Shown here: piece after piece, positions 1-11,961 of the stretch
Numbering within the stretch: the stretch's first letter is position 1
Layout: each line of letters starts with the position of its first letter
Origin: Octopus vulgaris
Taxonomy: Eukaryota
DNA: 64,000 nt
Direction: 5' to 3'
Assembly: GCA_951406725.2 (NCBI GenBank)
Contig: OX597821.1
Location: forward strand, 93,930,001-93,994,000
Made by a program: the position numbers and the translations under genes
The notes under the pieces: generated by a model
Told to the model about the DNA's origin: nothing
The model's input: the letters and a program-made list of their open reading frames with translations, nothing else
The model's database searches: none

Positions 1-12
1 GCGAGGCTGGCA

Positions 13-60
<48 letters not shown>

Positions 61-63
<3 letters not shown>

Positions 64-266
64 AATATTAGGAAATAAATCCAAACTTACAGGGAAAAAT
101 CAGATTTAGGATTGAATCCAATTTTATAGTAAAATATTATATTATATTAAATTAGAGACAAAACCACTATTAGGCAAATCAAACAATGAAAGACTTAAGC
201 CAATACATATGATTAATTTATATTATTTAAATATGTAACAAAATTATCAAAAATGTCTCTAATTTA

Positions 267-276
<10 letters not shown>
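61..276. mobile_element. AT-rich repeat between (TA)n tracts with an internal inverted segment; related copy at about 3301-3615
   Basis: tatattaaattagaga.aaaaccactattagg.aaatcaaaca recurs at about 3306. 138-160 is inverted at about 254-276. Confidence 0.55.
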
Positions 277-316
<40 letters not shown>

Positions 317-445
317 TGTACTCAAGTACATGTGTACACATACATGTTCATCAACAATTTATTTTAGATGCGAAAAAAAAAAACAACACACCTCTACAGT
401 CTATAGCATTAACTGTTTGTTTATTTAAATCGTTAATACTTTCAG

Positions 446-560
446 ACAAGAGAAGTACAGTTTCAGTGTCTGTAACAAAGAACGGCTTCCTGACAATGAA
501 AACATTATTCAACAGGAATATGAGATTGATGTGGAAGATAGCCTGGTGGAACAGGACAAG
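446..560 (+). CDS. DOCK7: DOCK7-like GEF, internal exon 1 in window (QEKYSFSVCNKERLPDNENIIQQEYEIDVEDSLVEQDK)
   Basis: tttcag acceptor at 445, gtgaga donor at 561. Phase 2 to 0, joins exon 2 in frame. Weak similarity to the DOCK7 LPKQVFESDE region. Confidence 0.75.
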
Positions 561-1387
561 GTGAGAATTTAGATTCTAGTACAGCCATGTGTGGATATAT
601 GGGGTTGGATGGAGGCAATAATTTCATTTTTTGTTTTTAATAAATATGTATTTTATTTATCTGTTTAGTTACACACAGATCATATCCTTTGTCTGATGTT
701 ATATCACAGCAAAACATACACCCAGAAACAAAGACTCAACATTGTAAAGTCTCATCTTCTGTCTGAGATTTCAGCACAGCACTGCGGGCTTTGAGCACAG
801 GCTTAACTCAGAACATCTGGGGTACTCATCACTGAGGAGACCAAATTAGGTCAAGATACCATGTCTCGTGATCCAGTAGCATTCTGAGCAAAGCCCTTTA
901 GTTTTTAAGATATTTCTATGAGACAAAATATTGCAGCTTGTACCATTTTATGTATACATGTCATAACACTATTCACATTGATATTTAATCTTTAGCATGT
1001 AAGCAGGCCAAAACCAACACAAATATTTTACCTGTTTTATGTTCAAATTGGCCAGATCTGACCTCTCACACTTACCCTAGCATGTTATTATAGAAATAGT
1101 CACATGAATGAAATATTGAAGCTGTGAGGTAATGCATGATTAATTTGAAACAATGTGGATAAATGAGCATTATAGTTGACGGAGTAATCTGAATGCTAAT
1201 GAGCTAAGGCTATTTCAATTACATGTTTAACAAAAATCAAATCTTAAGATACGGATGTCTATGGTTTGATTCCTGGTGTATTACAATATAATGCAACATG
1301 AAATTAGTTGTCTTGTGTAGTGCTGAATCTCTGAATCTTTACTGAATTCAATCTTATGATACTTTGTCTTCTTTTGTGACATTTCAG

Positions 1388-1603
1388 GACAGCACGCCAA
1401 AGCGTCAGTCAATGCAGATGAATGAAACTCCTCGTGGTAGTTGGGCCAGCAGTATATTTGATCTGAAGCAGTCCCAGGCTGATCGTCTGGTAGAACCAAT
1501 TCTGGAACGGATCCCTGCCGAAGAGGTTGACCGCAACAACGAGTCTCAGCGAAAACAATGCAGACAAAACTCCCTTTTTAGTTTGTACCCATCACAAGAT
1601 GAG
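1388..1603 (+). CDS. DOCK7: DOCK7-like exon 2 (DSTPKRQSM...TPRGSWASSIFDLKQS...LYPSQDE)
   Basis: TPRGSWxxSIFDL motif typical of DOCK6/7/8. cag/gtcagt, 216 nt. Confidence 0.95.
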
Positions 1604-1850
1604 GTCAGTACATGTTAGCTATGTCATCACTGTTCTATGTTTACACTACAGGGATATACTTAATGAGTGGTGTGTGTGTGTGTAGGCCACCCATGTGTAT
1701 GTAATCACTACTTGTCATCAAAATTGTCATTTGATGTCATGCTGCTCTAGCTTCTTATTGATATGCGTGTCCCTTCAAGTACCTTTGAGTCTATTTGTAT
1801 ATTGCATATATGTGTGTATAAATTACTTTGTGCATATGTAAGTATGGGTG

Positions 1851-1883
<33 letters not shown>

Positions 1884-1884
<1 letters not shown>

Positions 1885-2181
1885 AACAATTGCAGCGTGG
1901 AAGATGTTTGTAAGCCATTTAAGAAACACACAAAAGCCGTTCGATTCACTTCACCATTTAAGTTTAATTTGTCAAAATATTTTCGTCGCTAAAATCCGCG
2001 ACCTGTTCACTGACAAAAATCCAAGATGCATCTGAGCAGCATGGATTTTTGTCAGTGAACAGGTCGCGGATTTTAGCGACGAAAATATTTTGACAAATTA
2101 AACTTAAATGTTGAAGTGAATCGAACGGCTTTTGTGTGTTTCTTAAATGGCTTACAAACATCTTCCACACTGCAATTGTTT
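1884..2181. repeat. Near-perfect palindrome: 140-bp arms (1884-2023, 2042-2181), 18-nt loop; probable inverted Penelope-like pLTR
   Basis: Arms are reverse complements with 2 mismatches seen. Abuts (TA)n and contains a hammerhead-like motif. Confidence 0.95.
2048..2097 (+). ncRNA. Minimal type I hammerhead ribozyme motif, G3/C8 core variant (mirror copy on - strand at 1968-2017)
   Basis: tttgtca [GTGAACA] g gtcgc-ggatttta-gcgac [GAAA] atat TT tgacaaa. Helix I 7 bp, helix II 5 bp, palindromic helix III AATATT. Confidence 0.7.
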
Positions 2182-2454
2182 TCGTTCCAGCAGACGATCT
2201 CAGATCAAATCACTTGCTATGCAAGTACATCATCATCATCATCGTCGTCGTTTAGCGTCCGTTTTCCATGCTAGCATGGGTTGGACGGTTCTACTGGGGT
2301 CTGTGAAGCCAGAAGGCTTCATCAGGCCCAGTCAAATCTGGCAGTGTTTCTACGGCTGGATGCCCTTCCTAACGCCAACCACTCCGTGAGTGTAGTGGGT
2401 GCTTTTTACATGCCACCCGCACATTACATCTCTGTAATATATATATGTGTGTGT

Positions 2455-2638
2455 GTGACCGCGTGTGTATTGTTGATGATTTTCTTTCTCTGTCTTCCCT
2501 TCCTTGGACCTTTCCTTTCTCTATGTTTCTGACGAAGAGCTCCTTCATTCTTTCCTTTCCTGAGCGTCCAATAACATTATACTTGTTCCACGTCCTCGCC
2601 TTGTTGTGTTTTCTCTTTGTTCATGTTTGGATTAACTA
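2455..2638 (+). mobile_element. Penelope-like terminal remnant with truncated hammerhead (CTGACGA at 2529-2535, GAAA half absent)
   Basis: CTGACGAagagct without the downstream GAAA. Pyrimidine-rich flanks, ends at (TA)n. Confidence 0.45.
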
Positions 2639-2695
2639 TATATATATATATATATATATATACTTTATTTTAAGCAGCAGAAAATTCAACAAAAT

Positions 2696-2733
2696 CTGTT
2701 ACTCTGAGTTTCTCGTTGCCGTTCATCAGACAG
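2696..2733 (-). ncRNA. Minimal type I hammerhead ribozyme motif between two (TA)n tracts
   Basis: Minus strand: ctgt [CTGATGA] acg-gcaa-cga [GAAA] ctcagag TA acag. GUA triplet; first helix II pair mismatched. Confidence 0.7.
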
Positions 2734-2742
2734 TTTTTGCTA

Positions 2743-2745
<3 letters not shown>

Positions 2746-2807
<62 letters not shown>
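2746..2807. repeat. (TA)n microsatellite, representative of many (e.g. 19-62, 3268-3304, 25375-25441, 53550-53585)
   Basis: Direct reading. Confidence 0.98.
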
Positions 2808-2808
<1 letters not shown>

Positions 2809-3104
2809 TCTTTTACTCTTTTACTTGTTTCAGTCATTTGACTGCGGCCATGCTGGAGCACCGCCTTTAGTCGAGCAAATATATATATATATATATATAT
2901 TTCATCGTCGTCATCATTATTGTTTAATGTCTGTTTCCTATGCCGGCATGGTTTCAACAGATTGCGTGTGTGCATGCGTGCTCATGTGTATGTATATGTA
3001 TGGATATGTGTGTAAATTATAAACTAATAGCTCAAACATTCATATAATATATATTAAGTGTTATCCATTTGTAATCAGTTTGTGAACAATACATTCATAT
3101 ATAC

Positions 3105-3140
<36 letters not shown>

Positions 3141-3256
3141 ATATGTGTGTGCATGTCATCATCGTCGTTGTTTAACAGCATTCCATGCTGACATGTGTTG
3201 AATGGTTTGACTGAGGACTGGCAAAGTTGTACCAAGCTCCAATCTGATCTGGCAAG

Positions 3257-3309
<53 letters not shown>

Positions 3310-4149
3310 TAAATTAGAGATAAAACCACTATTAGGTAAATCAAACAGTGAAAAACATAAGCCAATACATAAAATTAATTTTAAAATATAAAAGTTAAAA
3401 ATAAAAAATTATTTAAATAATTTAAACTTATAAATTTTATATATATATACAAATATATATATATGTATGTTTGTATATTTTTATATTTATATATTATTTT
3501 ATTTATTTTTTTTTTTATTATTTTTTTTTTTAAATATCAAAAGTATTAAAAGTTTAATAAAAGATAAAGAGTAAAACACAAAACTAAGTTTGGATTTATT
3601 CCCTAATATTATTATTATTATATATATATAATTTTTTAGACACATACACATATGTTAGTATTGGATTTGTTGAGTTTGTTAAATTATTTTGTCTGTGTTT
3701 ATTGCTTATATATACATTTAGACATATACATAACAGTGTGTAACAGCATAGTTAACAAACATGAATATTCATATCCTTAAAATATTTTTAGCTTTGCAGA
3801 AAAAATAATAACACTGTGGTTACAAATCAAGTAATTTTAGTTCACTATAAAGTAACACTTCTGTAACTTATCTCACACGCTTGTTGCTTCAGTTTTCAGA
3901 TGGAGGTATAGCTTCCACCTGACATATTAAATTTAGCATGGATATATATTGGTAATAAACACTGCATTGTACAGTCACAAGTGTTAATCTGACAAATTTA
4001 TTAGTATAAAATTAAATGGAATGTATTGCAGCTTATTTATGTAAATTTTTGTATGTAAAATGCATAATTAATATTTGTGCAGTATTGAAATACTGCCAAA
4101 AAAAAACACATTTGGATTATACTTCATTATCTTCTTATTCTGTTTTTAG

Positions 4150-4235
4150 GATGAACTCACTGCTAGAAGAATGATCCCAGAAATACCCCGAGAACATTTT
4201 GGGCACAGAATCCTAATCAAAGTTTTCCAAATGAA
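4150..4235 (+). CDS. DOCK7: DOCK7-like exon 3 (DELTARRMIPEIPREHFGHRILIKVFQMK)
   Basis: Matches DOCK7 PDIPKEHFGQRLLVK. tag/gtaatt, phase 0 to 2. Confidence 0.95.
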
Positions 4236-5835
4236 GTAATTCTTAAGAATATCTTTATCTTTATCCTTTGTTACTTGTTTCAATCATTGAACTGTGGCTA
4301 TACTGGAATATCACATTGATGAGTTTAGTCAAACAGATTGTCTCCAGTACTTATTTTTAAGTCTGCTACATATTCTGTCAGTCTCTTTTGCTAAACTGCT
4401 AAGTTATGGGGACTGAAACAAACCTGCATCATTTCTCAAATGGTGGTTAGGGGTGGGGACGGAGACATACTCACACACATATATATTGCATGATGGGCTT
4501 TCACACAACTTCCATCAGCTTCCATTTATCAAATTCACTCACAAGGTATTAGGCAGTGTAGATAATCAAAATCATTCCACCTATGACCTTCCTGTCTTTT
4601 GTGTAGACAGTGTTTTTATTTTGTCTTTTATTAATATTAAAGATGTTTATACAAATTCAAATGTTGCCAGAATCAACTTTGCTCTTCAGGCTTCTGGAAT
4701 CAATTAAATAAAATGCCCGTCAAGTATTGGAGCTGATTTAATTGATGTTAATCCCCCTCCAAAATTCGTTATTGCTTTGAAGGCACCGAGCTGGCAGAAT
4801 CATTAGCAAATCGGGCAAAATGTTTAGTGACATTTCACCCTCTTTATCTGCTGAGTTCAAATTCCATCGAGGTCAACTTTGCTTTTCATCCTTTCAGTAT
4901 CAATAAAATAAGTACCAGTTGAGTGCTGGGTCAATGTAATCTAATCAATTTATCCCTGAATTTGCTGGCCTTGTGCCAAAATTTGAAATCAATATTAAGA
5001 TTGTATATCTTTCTTTGTAGCATCCACATGAATTTAACTGACTAAATTATACCTATGCCCTCTGGGTTTTTAATGTGTGTGTGTCCTCTAGTGGTGGATA
5101 TAATTTTGATATATCCATAATTTTTGTTGTAAGGTATTTGACATACCAGTATTTGTCGATGTTATTCAAATACATGCCATTGGCTACTCTGAGTTATTTC
5201 TCTTAGCCCATTTTTATTTAACAAGGGGTTCTCAACCATTTTTTTTTTTATCTATGGACCCCTTTGATTATTATTTTTTTCTTGGACATTTGATGTTTAA
5301 AAAAAACAGTTTTATAGAAATGTCTTTCAAAATACCTATTTTGTTTTTCACACATTAACTTGTGTAAGCTGAACTATGTAAACTATTAGAGAAAGAAACC
5401 TCACTGTTTCTTACAATACATACCAATATATAAATCTAAAGCAAAATTTTTTCAGGGGCCCTTAAAATACTATTGTGGACAATTTACTAATTTGTTGTGT
5501 GGACCCTCGTCCCCACACCAAATCTTATATGGACCCCAACTGAAAACTGCTGGTTTAAATGAAGCAAATTACCAAGGCCATAACTGTTTGCTATTCTGTT
5601 TTGTACAAGTCTAAGTCCTTTGGCTGCTGGAGATAAGGTCAGATAAATGCTGTGCTGATGAAGGCTATTAAGCCAGAAACATGTATCCACAACTGTCCTC
5701 TTATCTACAGGCAATAAGCCTGTCCCTTTCCTTAATTGTTGGTCAGTTTTGAAGAATTCTTGCATCATGCATGTATGTATATACAGAGTCCGGCAAAAAA
5801 ATGTATACACACTTCAGGAAAGGAGAAACCTGTAT

Positions 5836-6240
5836 ACTCTTTTACTCTTTTACTTGTTTCAGTCATTTGACTGCGGCCATGCTGGAGCACCGCCTTTAAT
5901 CGAGCAACTCGACCCCGGGACTTATTCTTTGTAAGCCCAGTACTTATTCTATCGGTCTGTTTTGCCGAACCGCTAAGGAACGGGGACATAAACACACCAG
6001 CATCGGTTGTCAAGCAATGCTAGGGGGACAAACACAGACACACAAACATATACACATATATATATATATTTACATATATATGACGGGCTTCTTTCAGTTT
6101 CCGCCTACCAAATCCCCTCACAAGGCTTTGGTCGGCCCGAGGCAATAGTAGAAGACACTTGCCCAAGGTGCCACACAGTGGGACTGAACCCGGAACCATG
6201 TGGTTGGTAAACAAGCTACTTACCACACAGCCACTCTTGC
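5836..6240 (-). mobile_element. tRNA-derived SINE family A
   Basis: Minus-strand head gtggctgtgtggtaag...gggttcagtccc (A/B boxes), internal (CA)/(TA) tract, (GAGTAAAA)n tail. Many copies in the window. Confidence 0.9.
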
Positions 6241-6440
6241 ATAATTACCTCTATACGTATAAATACCTCTTCCATTATTTTATCAAGTTGCGATAACACT
6301 GAATTAAATATTTATACAGATTTTCTTTTCCTGAAGTGTGTATACATCTTTTTGGTGGACTCTGTTTGTGTGTGTGCGTGTGCGTGTGTCAGTCAGTCAG
6401 TCACATGTCTCACTTATGTGATGTATTTTTCTCTTTTCAG

Positions 6441-6507
6441 ACTTGAACTTGATATTGAGCCTATTTTTGTATCTCTGGCACTTTATGATGCTAAAGAAAA
6501 GAAAAAG
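6441..6507 (+). CDS. DOCK7: DOCK7-like exon 4 (LELDIEPIFVSLALYDAKEKKK)
   Basis: IEPIFxSLALYDxKEKKK motif. cag/gtactt, phase 2 to 0. Confidence 0.97.
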
Positions 6508-6548
6508 GTACTTCATCAGCATTCATATCATTGATATTCTGTGTGTAG

Positions 6549-6918
6549 TGAAGCCGCAATGGCCTAGTGGTTAGGGCAGCGGACTCGCGGTCATAGGATT
6601 GCGGGCGTTGTGAGTGTTTATTGAGCGAAAACACCTAAAAGCTCCACGAGGCTCTGACAGGGGATGGTGGTGATCCCTGCTGTACTCTTTCACCACAACT
6701 TTCTCTCACTCTTACTTCCTGTTTCTGTTGTACCTGTATTTCAAGGGGCCGGCCTTGTCACTCTCTGTGTCACGCTGAATATCCCTGAGAACTACGTTAA
6801 GGGTGCACGTGTCTGTGGAGTGCTCAGCCACTTACACGTTAATTTCACGAGCAGGCTGTTCCGTTGATTCGGATCAACCGGAACCCTCATCGTCGTAACC
6901 GACGGAGTGCTTCCATCC
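6549..6918 (+). mobile_element. tRNA-derived SINE family C (B box deleted)
   Basis: Matches the copies at 51349 and 57372. Imperfect TSD attctg.gtgt. Confidence 0.88.
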
Positions 6919-7454
6919 ATTCTGCGTGTGTTGTTTGTATACCTGCTTGTATGTGTTTTTGTATGTGCAAGCATGCACATGCATATTAATTAACCAAACC
7001 TTACAAAGAATCAGCAACTGTTCACTTCTGTTGTATTCTCAGACTCTGAGAAAATTGTTTTTTAATCTTTCCGATTTATGCATTTACATGGCCATGTTGG
7101 TCCCATGTAAATGGCATCCATAAGTTGTAGTCATGGTTGTTGATGGTACCATGTAAATGGTACCTGTGAGTCATTGCCAGTACCATGTAAAGGGCACCCA
7201 TGAATCATAGTCGTGGTCACTGCCAGTGCCATTGTAGTCATGGCCAGTATGGTGCCATGGCACCCGTGCCAGTGGTACGTAAAAGCACCCATTACACTCC
7301 TGGAGTGATTGGTGTTAGGAAGGGCATCCAGCTGTAGAAATAATGCCAAATCAGACTGGAACCTGTTGCAACTCTCCAGTTTATTAGCTCCAGTCAAATT
7401 GTCTAACCCATGTCACTGCCGCCGACGTACTAATTAATGTTTCATATTTTGCAG

Positions 7455-7604
7455 ATATCTGAAAACTTCTACTTCGATATGAACACAGAGTCCAATAACC
7501 GAATGATAAACATGCATGTACCCCACAAAGACCGGTCAACACGAAGCCAGAGTGCTATATTCAGTCTTACATACCCTTCCCCTGATGTTTTCCTTGTGGT
7601 TCGG
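7455..7604 (+). CDS. DOCK7: DOCK7-like exon 5 (ISENFYFDMN...SAIFSLTYPSPDVFLVVR)
   Basis: ISENFYFD and SAIFSxTYPSxDVFLV motifs. cag/gtatgt, 150 nt. Confidence 0.97.
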
Positions 7605-7675
7605 GTATGTCGCATTTTGAGTTTATGTGTTTTATTGTTTTTCAATTTTATCAGAGATTATTCGATCAACATCAA

Positions 7676-8060
7676 TGGAAATTGCAGCAGTAATATCAGT
7701 GCCAGTGGCACCTAAGAGAACCATCCGAACATGGCCGTTGCCAGCGCCGCCCCGACTGGCCTCGTGCCGGTGGCATGTAAAAAGTACCATCTGTTCGTGG
7801 CCGTTGCCAGCCTCGCCTGGCCCCCGTGCCGGTGGCACGTAAAAGCACCATCCGATCGTGGCCATTTGCCAGACTCGTCTGGCACGTAAAAAGCACCCAC
7901 TACACTCACGGAGTGGTTGGCATTAGGAAGGGCGTCCAGCTGTAGAAACACTGCCAGATCAGACTGGGCTTGGTGCAGCCTTCTGGCTTCCCAGACCCCA
8001 GTTGAACCGTCCAACCCATGCTAGCATGGAAAGCGAACGCTAAACGATGATGATGATGAT
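7676..8060 (+). mobile_element. Family B retroelement 3' end with (GAT)n tail (probable RTE-type LINE 3' UTR); another + copy at 8634-8939
   Basis: ggcattaggaagggc.tccagctgtagaaa core, ~60-67-bp units, gatgatgat tail. Confidence 0.85.
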
Positions 8061-8497
8061 TTCTAGAGTAAAGTGTGTAATGGTCTTTCCCCCTTTTATA
8101 TACACATATATAAAAACAGTGGAAATGTTACTAAGCATTTTACTCAACGTGTTAATGATTCTGCCTGCTTGCTGCCTTCAAGATTTTATTAATAATGCTG
8201 AAGAGAAATTTTAATAAAATTAGATATTTTTAAATTCAAAAACATTACAGTAGCTTATTTACTTAATGGAGTATGCGTATGAAATAATCATTTGACCTGC
8301 TAGAAGTAGCTACAAAATCTTCTTCACCATATTCACAAATTGAGGATTTGGGAAAATAGTGCAGAAATATTGAGCATATTTCATCGTATACAAATTTATT
8401 TCATTATGTTAAACATATTGTTACTGTCTTTTTTGTTCCATAGTTGAGGTTGTACAAAGTATAACACTCGGGCTTGTTTTATTAATATTATACATTA

Positions 8498-8616
8498 GCT
8501 TATGGCCATATCATGTTGAAAGCACCGGTTCTCGTCCGATCACGGAAGTTAAGCAACATCGAGCCTAGTCAGTACTTAGATGGGTGACCGCTTGGGAAAC
8601 CTAGGTGCAGTAAGCG
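8498..8616 (+). rRNA. Solitary full-length 5S rRNA gene copy or pseudogene in a DOCK intron
   Basis: GCTTATGGCCATATC...GCACCGGTTCTCGTCCGATCAC.GAAGTTAAGC...AGTACTTAGATGGGTGACCGCTTGGGAA...GTAAGC. Box A at +50, Box C at about +81. The 5' GCTTAT pairs with the 3' GTAAGC. T6 at 8627-8632. Confidence 0.92.
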
Positions 8617-9489
8617 TAACACATTGTTTTTTCCGTGCCAGTGGCATGTAAAAAGCACCATCCTAATGTGGCTGATGCCAGCACCGCCTTGACTGGCTTC
8701 TGTGCCGATGACACGTAAAAAGCACCAATCCAATCATGGCCGTTGCTAGCCTCGCCCGGCACGTAAAAAGCACCCACTACACTCACAGAGTGGTTGGCAT
8801 TAGGAAGGGCATCCAGCTGTAGAAACACTGCCAGATCAGACTGGAGCCTGATGCAGCCTTCTGGCTTCCCAGATCCCGGTCGAACCGTCCAACCCATGCT
8901 AGCATGGAAAACACGTTAAACGATGATGATGATGATGATAGGCTAACATATGGCAAGATTGATAGAGCACTGGACAAAATCTTTTCCAGTACTTCATTAC
9001 ATTTTGTCTTTTGTGTTCTGTGTTCCTATTTCACTATGAGCTTGTGCCTGAGTTATAAACCACTTTTAGTATTATGAAGAGACGTCTATAGAATAATACT
9101 CTCTTCTTTTGTTGTTTCATTTTTTTAATACTTCAGAAATACAACATAAGTCCTAGCAGCCTCACCTTAAGAATTCTTCAGTTAACAAGGGAACCTCGCT
9201 ATAATCATTTGACCTGCTAGAAGTAGCTACCAAATCTTCTTCAAATCACATTCTACTTTGCTAAATAAGAAAAGACATATTAGATAATGTAGCCTTACAT
9301 CAACAGGATGGTCATGGCTGGAATAGATTTGTTCATAGATTTACATCAGTAGATGTGATAGTTCGCAGTTGGTGAAGTTGGTGTTTAACAGAGTTAAAAC
9401 ATCAACTTCTTCAGCTGCTGACTATCACTTCATTTAATTTTTAAAATAAAATTATATTCTTTTTACATATTTCTCTCTTTCTTCTTCAG

Positions 9490-9555
9490 CTTGAAAAAGT
9501 ATTACAGCAAGGCGAAATCAATGAATGTGTTGAACCCTACATGAAAGAAGATAAA
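9490..9555 (+). CDS. DOCK7: DOCK7-like exon 6 (LEKVLQQGEINECVEPYMKEDK)
   Basis: LEKVLQQG..EC.EPYM motif. cag/gtaaga, 66 nt. Confidence 0.97.
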
Positions 9556-9606
9556 GTAAGAATTTTATGATCTCAAAATGACTCTTAATTATAGATATTT
9601 GACCTA

Positions 9607-9806
9607 CTCTTTTACTCTTTTACTTGTTTCAGTCATTTGACTGCGGCCATGCTGGAGCACCGCCTTTAGTCGAGCAAATCGACCCTGGGTCTTATTCTTT
9701 GTAAGCCCAGTACTTATTCTATCGGTCTCTTTTGCCGAACCGCTAAGTGACGGAGACGTAAACACACCAGCATCGGTTGTCAAGCAATGCTAGGGGACAA
9801 ACACAG

Positions 9807-9859
<53 letters not shown>

Positions 9860-10020
9860 TACGACAGGCTTCTTTCAGTTTCCGTCTACCAAATCCACTC
9901 ACAAGGCATTGGTCGGCCCAAGGCTATAGCAGAAGACACTTGCCCAAGATGCCACGCAGTGGGACTGAACCCGGAACCATGGGTTGGTTAGCAAGCTACT
10001 TACCACACAGCCACTCCTGC
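9607..10020 (-). mobile_element. SINE family A (a diverged copy follows at about 10040-10485)
   Basis: Near-identical to the other family A copies. Confidence 0.9.
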
Positions 10021-10720
10021 AACCTGTGAAATATATTTATCTTTAGTTTTGTTTCAATCATTGGATTACAGCCATACTGGGACACTGCAGTGAGATGTTT
10101 TAGTTGAATAAATCAACCCCAGTACTTTTAGGTTTTTTTTTTTTTTGTTTCGACTGGTATTTATTCTTTGGTCTCTTATGCCAAACTGCTTAGTTACTGG
10201 GACATAAACAAACCAACACAAGTTGTTAAGTGGAGGTGGTGGTGGGAGAGACACAAACACAAACAAATGCACATACATACATAGATACATGCATTCATAG
10301 TTTTATATATATATATATTCATACAGTGGGCTTCTTTCAGTTTCCACCTACCAAATCCACTCACAAGGCATTGGTCAACCTCGGGCTATAATTGAAAACA
10401 CTCACCTAAGGTGCCATGCAGTAGAACTGAACCCAGAACCATGTGGTTGAGAAGCAAACTTCTTACCATACTGCCACTCTTGCATCTATTTTAAAATATT
10501 TTTTCAGAAATTAGTCTAGAGAGGAGAAGCAATACTTATGACCTTTGCAGGCCTTCCTAAACTTTTGAAAAGATGAGAATAAAAAGGCAACCCTAGTAGG
10601 ATTTGAACTCTTAAGTAAAAAAGGGAATTTACTAATAATTACTGAAATTCATAGTAATTTCTGACCACTAATGAATGTAATTACAAAACCAACTAACAGA
10701 CACTGTGTAAATATTCTCTT

Positions 10721-10931
10721 TACTCTTTACTCTTTACTCTTTTACTCTTTTACTTGTCTCAGTCATTTAACTGCGGCCATGCTGGAGCACCGCCTTTAGT
10801 CAAGCAAATCGACCCTGGGTCTTATTCTTTGTAAGCCCAGTACTTATTCTATCGGTCTCTTTTGCCGAACCGCTAAGTGACGGGGACGTAAACACACCAG
10901 CATCGGTTGTCAAGCAATGCTAGGAGGACAA

Positions 10932-10982
<51 letters not shown>

Positions 10983-11153
10983 CATATATACGACAGGCTT
11001 CTTTCAGTTTCCGTCTACCAAATCCACTCACAAGGCATTGGTCGGCCCGGGGCTATAGTAGAAGACACTTGCCCAAGATGCCACGCAGTGGGACTGAACC
11101 CGGAACCATGTGGTTGGTAAGCAAGCTACTTACCACACAGCCACTCCTGCGCC
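10721..11153 (-). mobile_element. SINE family A, young copy
   Basis: 17-bp TSD tgtgtaaatattctctt at 10704-10720 and 11154-11170. Confidence 0.93.
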
Positions 11154-11308
11154 TGTGTAAATATTCTCTTGATCATGTTGGTTCATAAATTTTGTAGGAA
11201 TTGAGCCATTTCTATCCCTATGGGAATTGTGAATGCTAGAAATTACTGATAGATTTATTTTGATTGAGTTTGTCTGATTGCCTTGTATGTGTTTGGTAAA
11301 TATTTCAG

Positions 11309-11495
11309 ATTCGAGAAGAGAAACACAAAAGCAACGCTGTACAATTCTGCGAAAGACTTGGTAAATATAGAATGCCTTTCGCCTGGACCGCCATCTATCT
11401 CATGAACGTCATTAGTGGTGCTGGCAGTCTAGAGCGAGATTCATCAATGTCATCAGAAAAATCTGAGCCAGAGATGTCCCGAACTGCCAGCCTAG
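11309..11495 (+). CDS. DOCK7: DOCK7-like exon 7 (IREEKHK...[33 protein letters not shown]...TASL)
   Basis: [13 protein letters not shown] motif. cag/gtaaga, phase 0 to 1. Confidence 0.97.
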
Positions 11496-11562
11496 GTAAG
11501 AAAGACCATCTTTCTATTTTCTCTTTAGCATAGATATCTCTCTTCATTTTGTTGTTTCTGTA

Positions 11563-11961
11563 TTCTTTTACTCTTTTACTTGTTTCAGTCATTTGACTGC
11601 GGCCATGCCGGAGCACCGCCTTTAATCGAGCAACTCAACCCCGGGACTTATTCTTTTTTTGTAAGCCCAGTACTTATTCTATCGGTCTCTTTTGCCGAAC
11701 CGTTAAGTGACGAGGACATAAACACACCAGCATCAGTTGTCAAGCAATGCTAGGGGAACAAACACACAAACACACACACGCATATATATACATATATACG
11801 ACGGGCTTCTTTCAGTTTCCGCCTACCAAACCCACTCACAAGGCTGTGGTCGGCCCGAGGCTATAGTAGAAGACACTTGCCTAAGGTGCCACGCAGTGGG
11901 ACTGAAACCGGAACCATGTGGTTGGTAAACAAGCTACTTACCACACAGCCACTCCTGCGCC
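11563..11961 (-). mobile_element. SINE family A
   Basis: Full-length match to the other copies. Confidence 0.9.
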
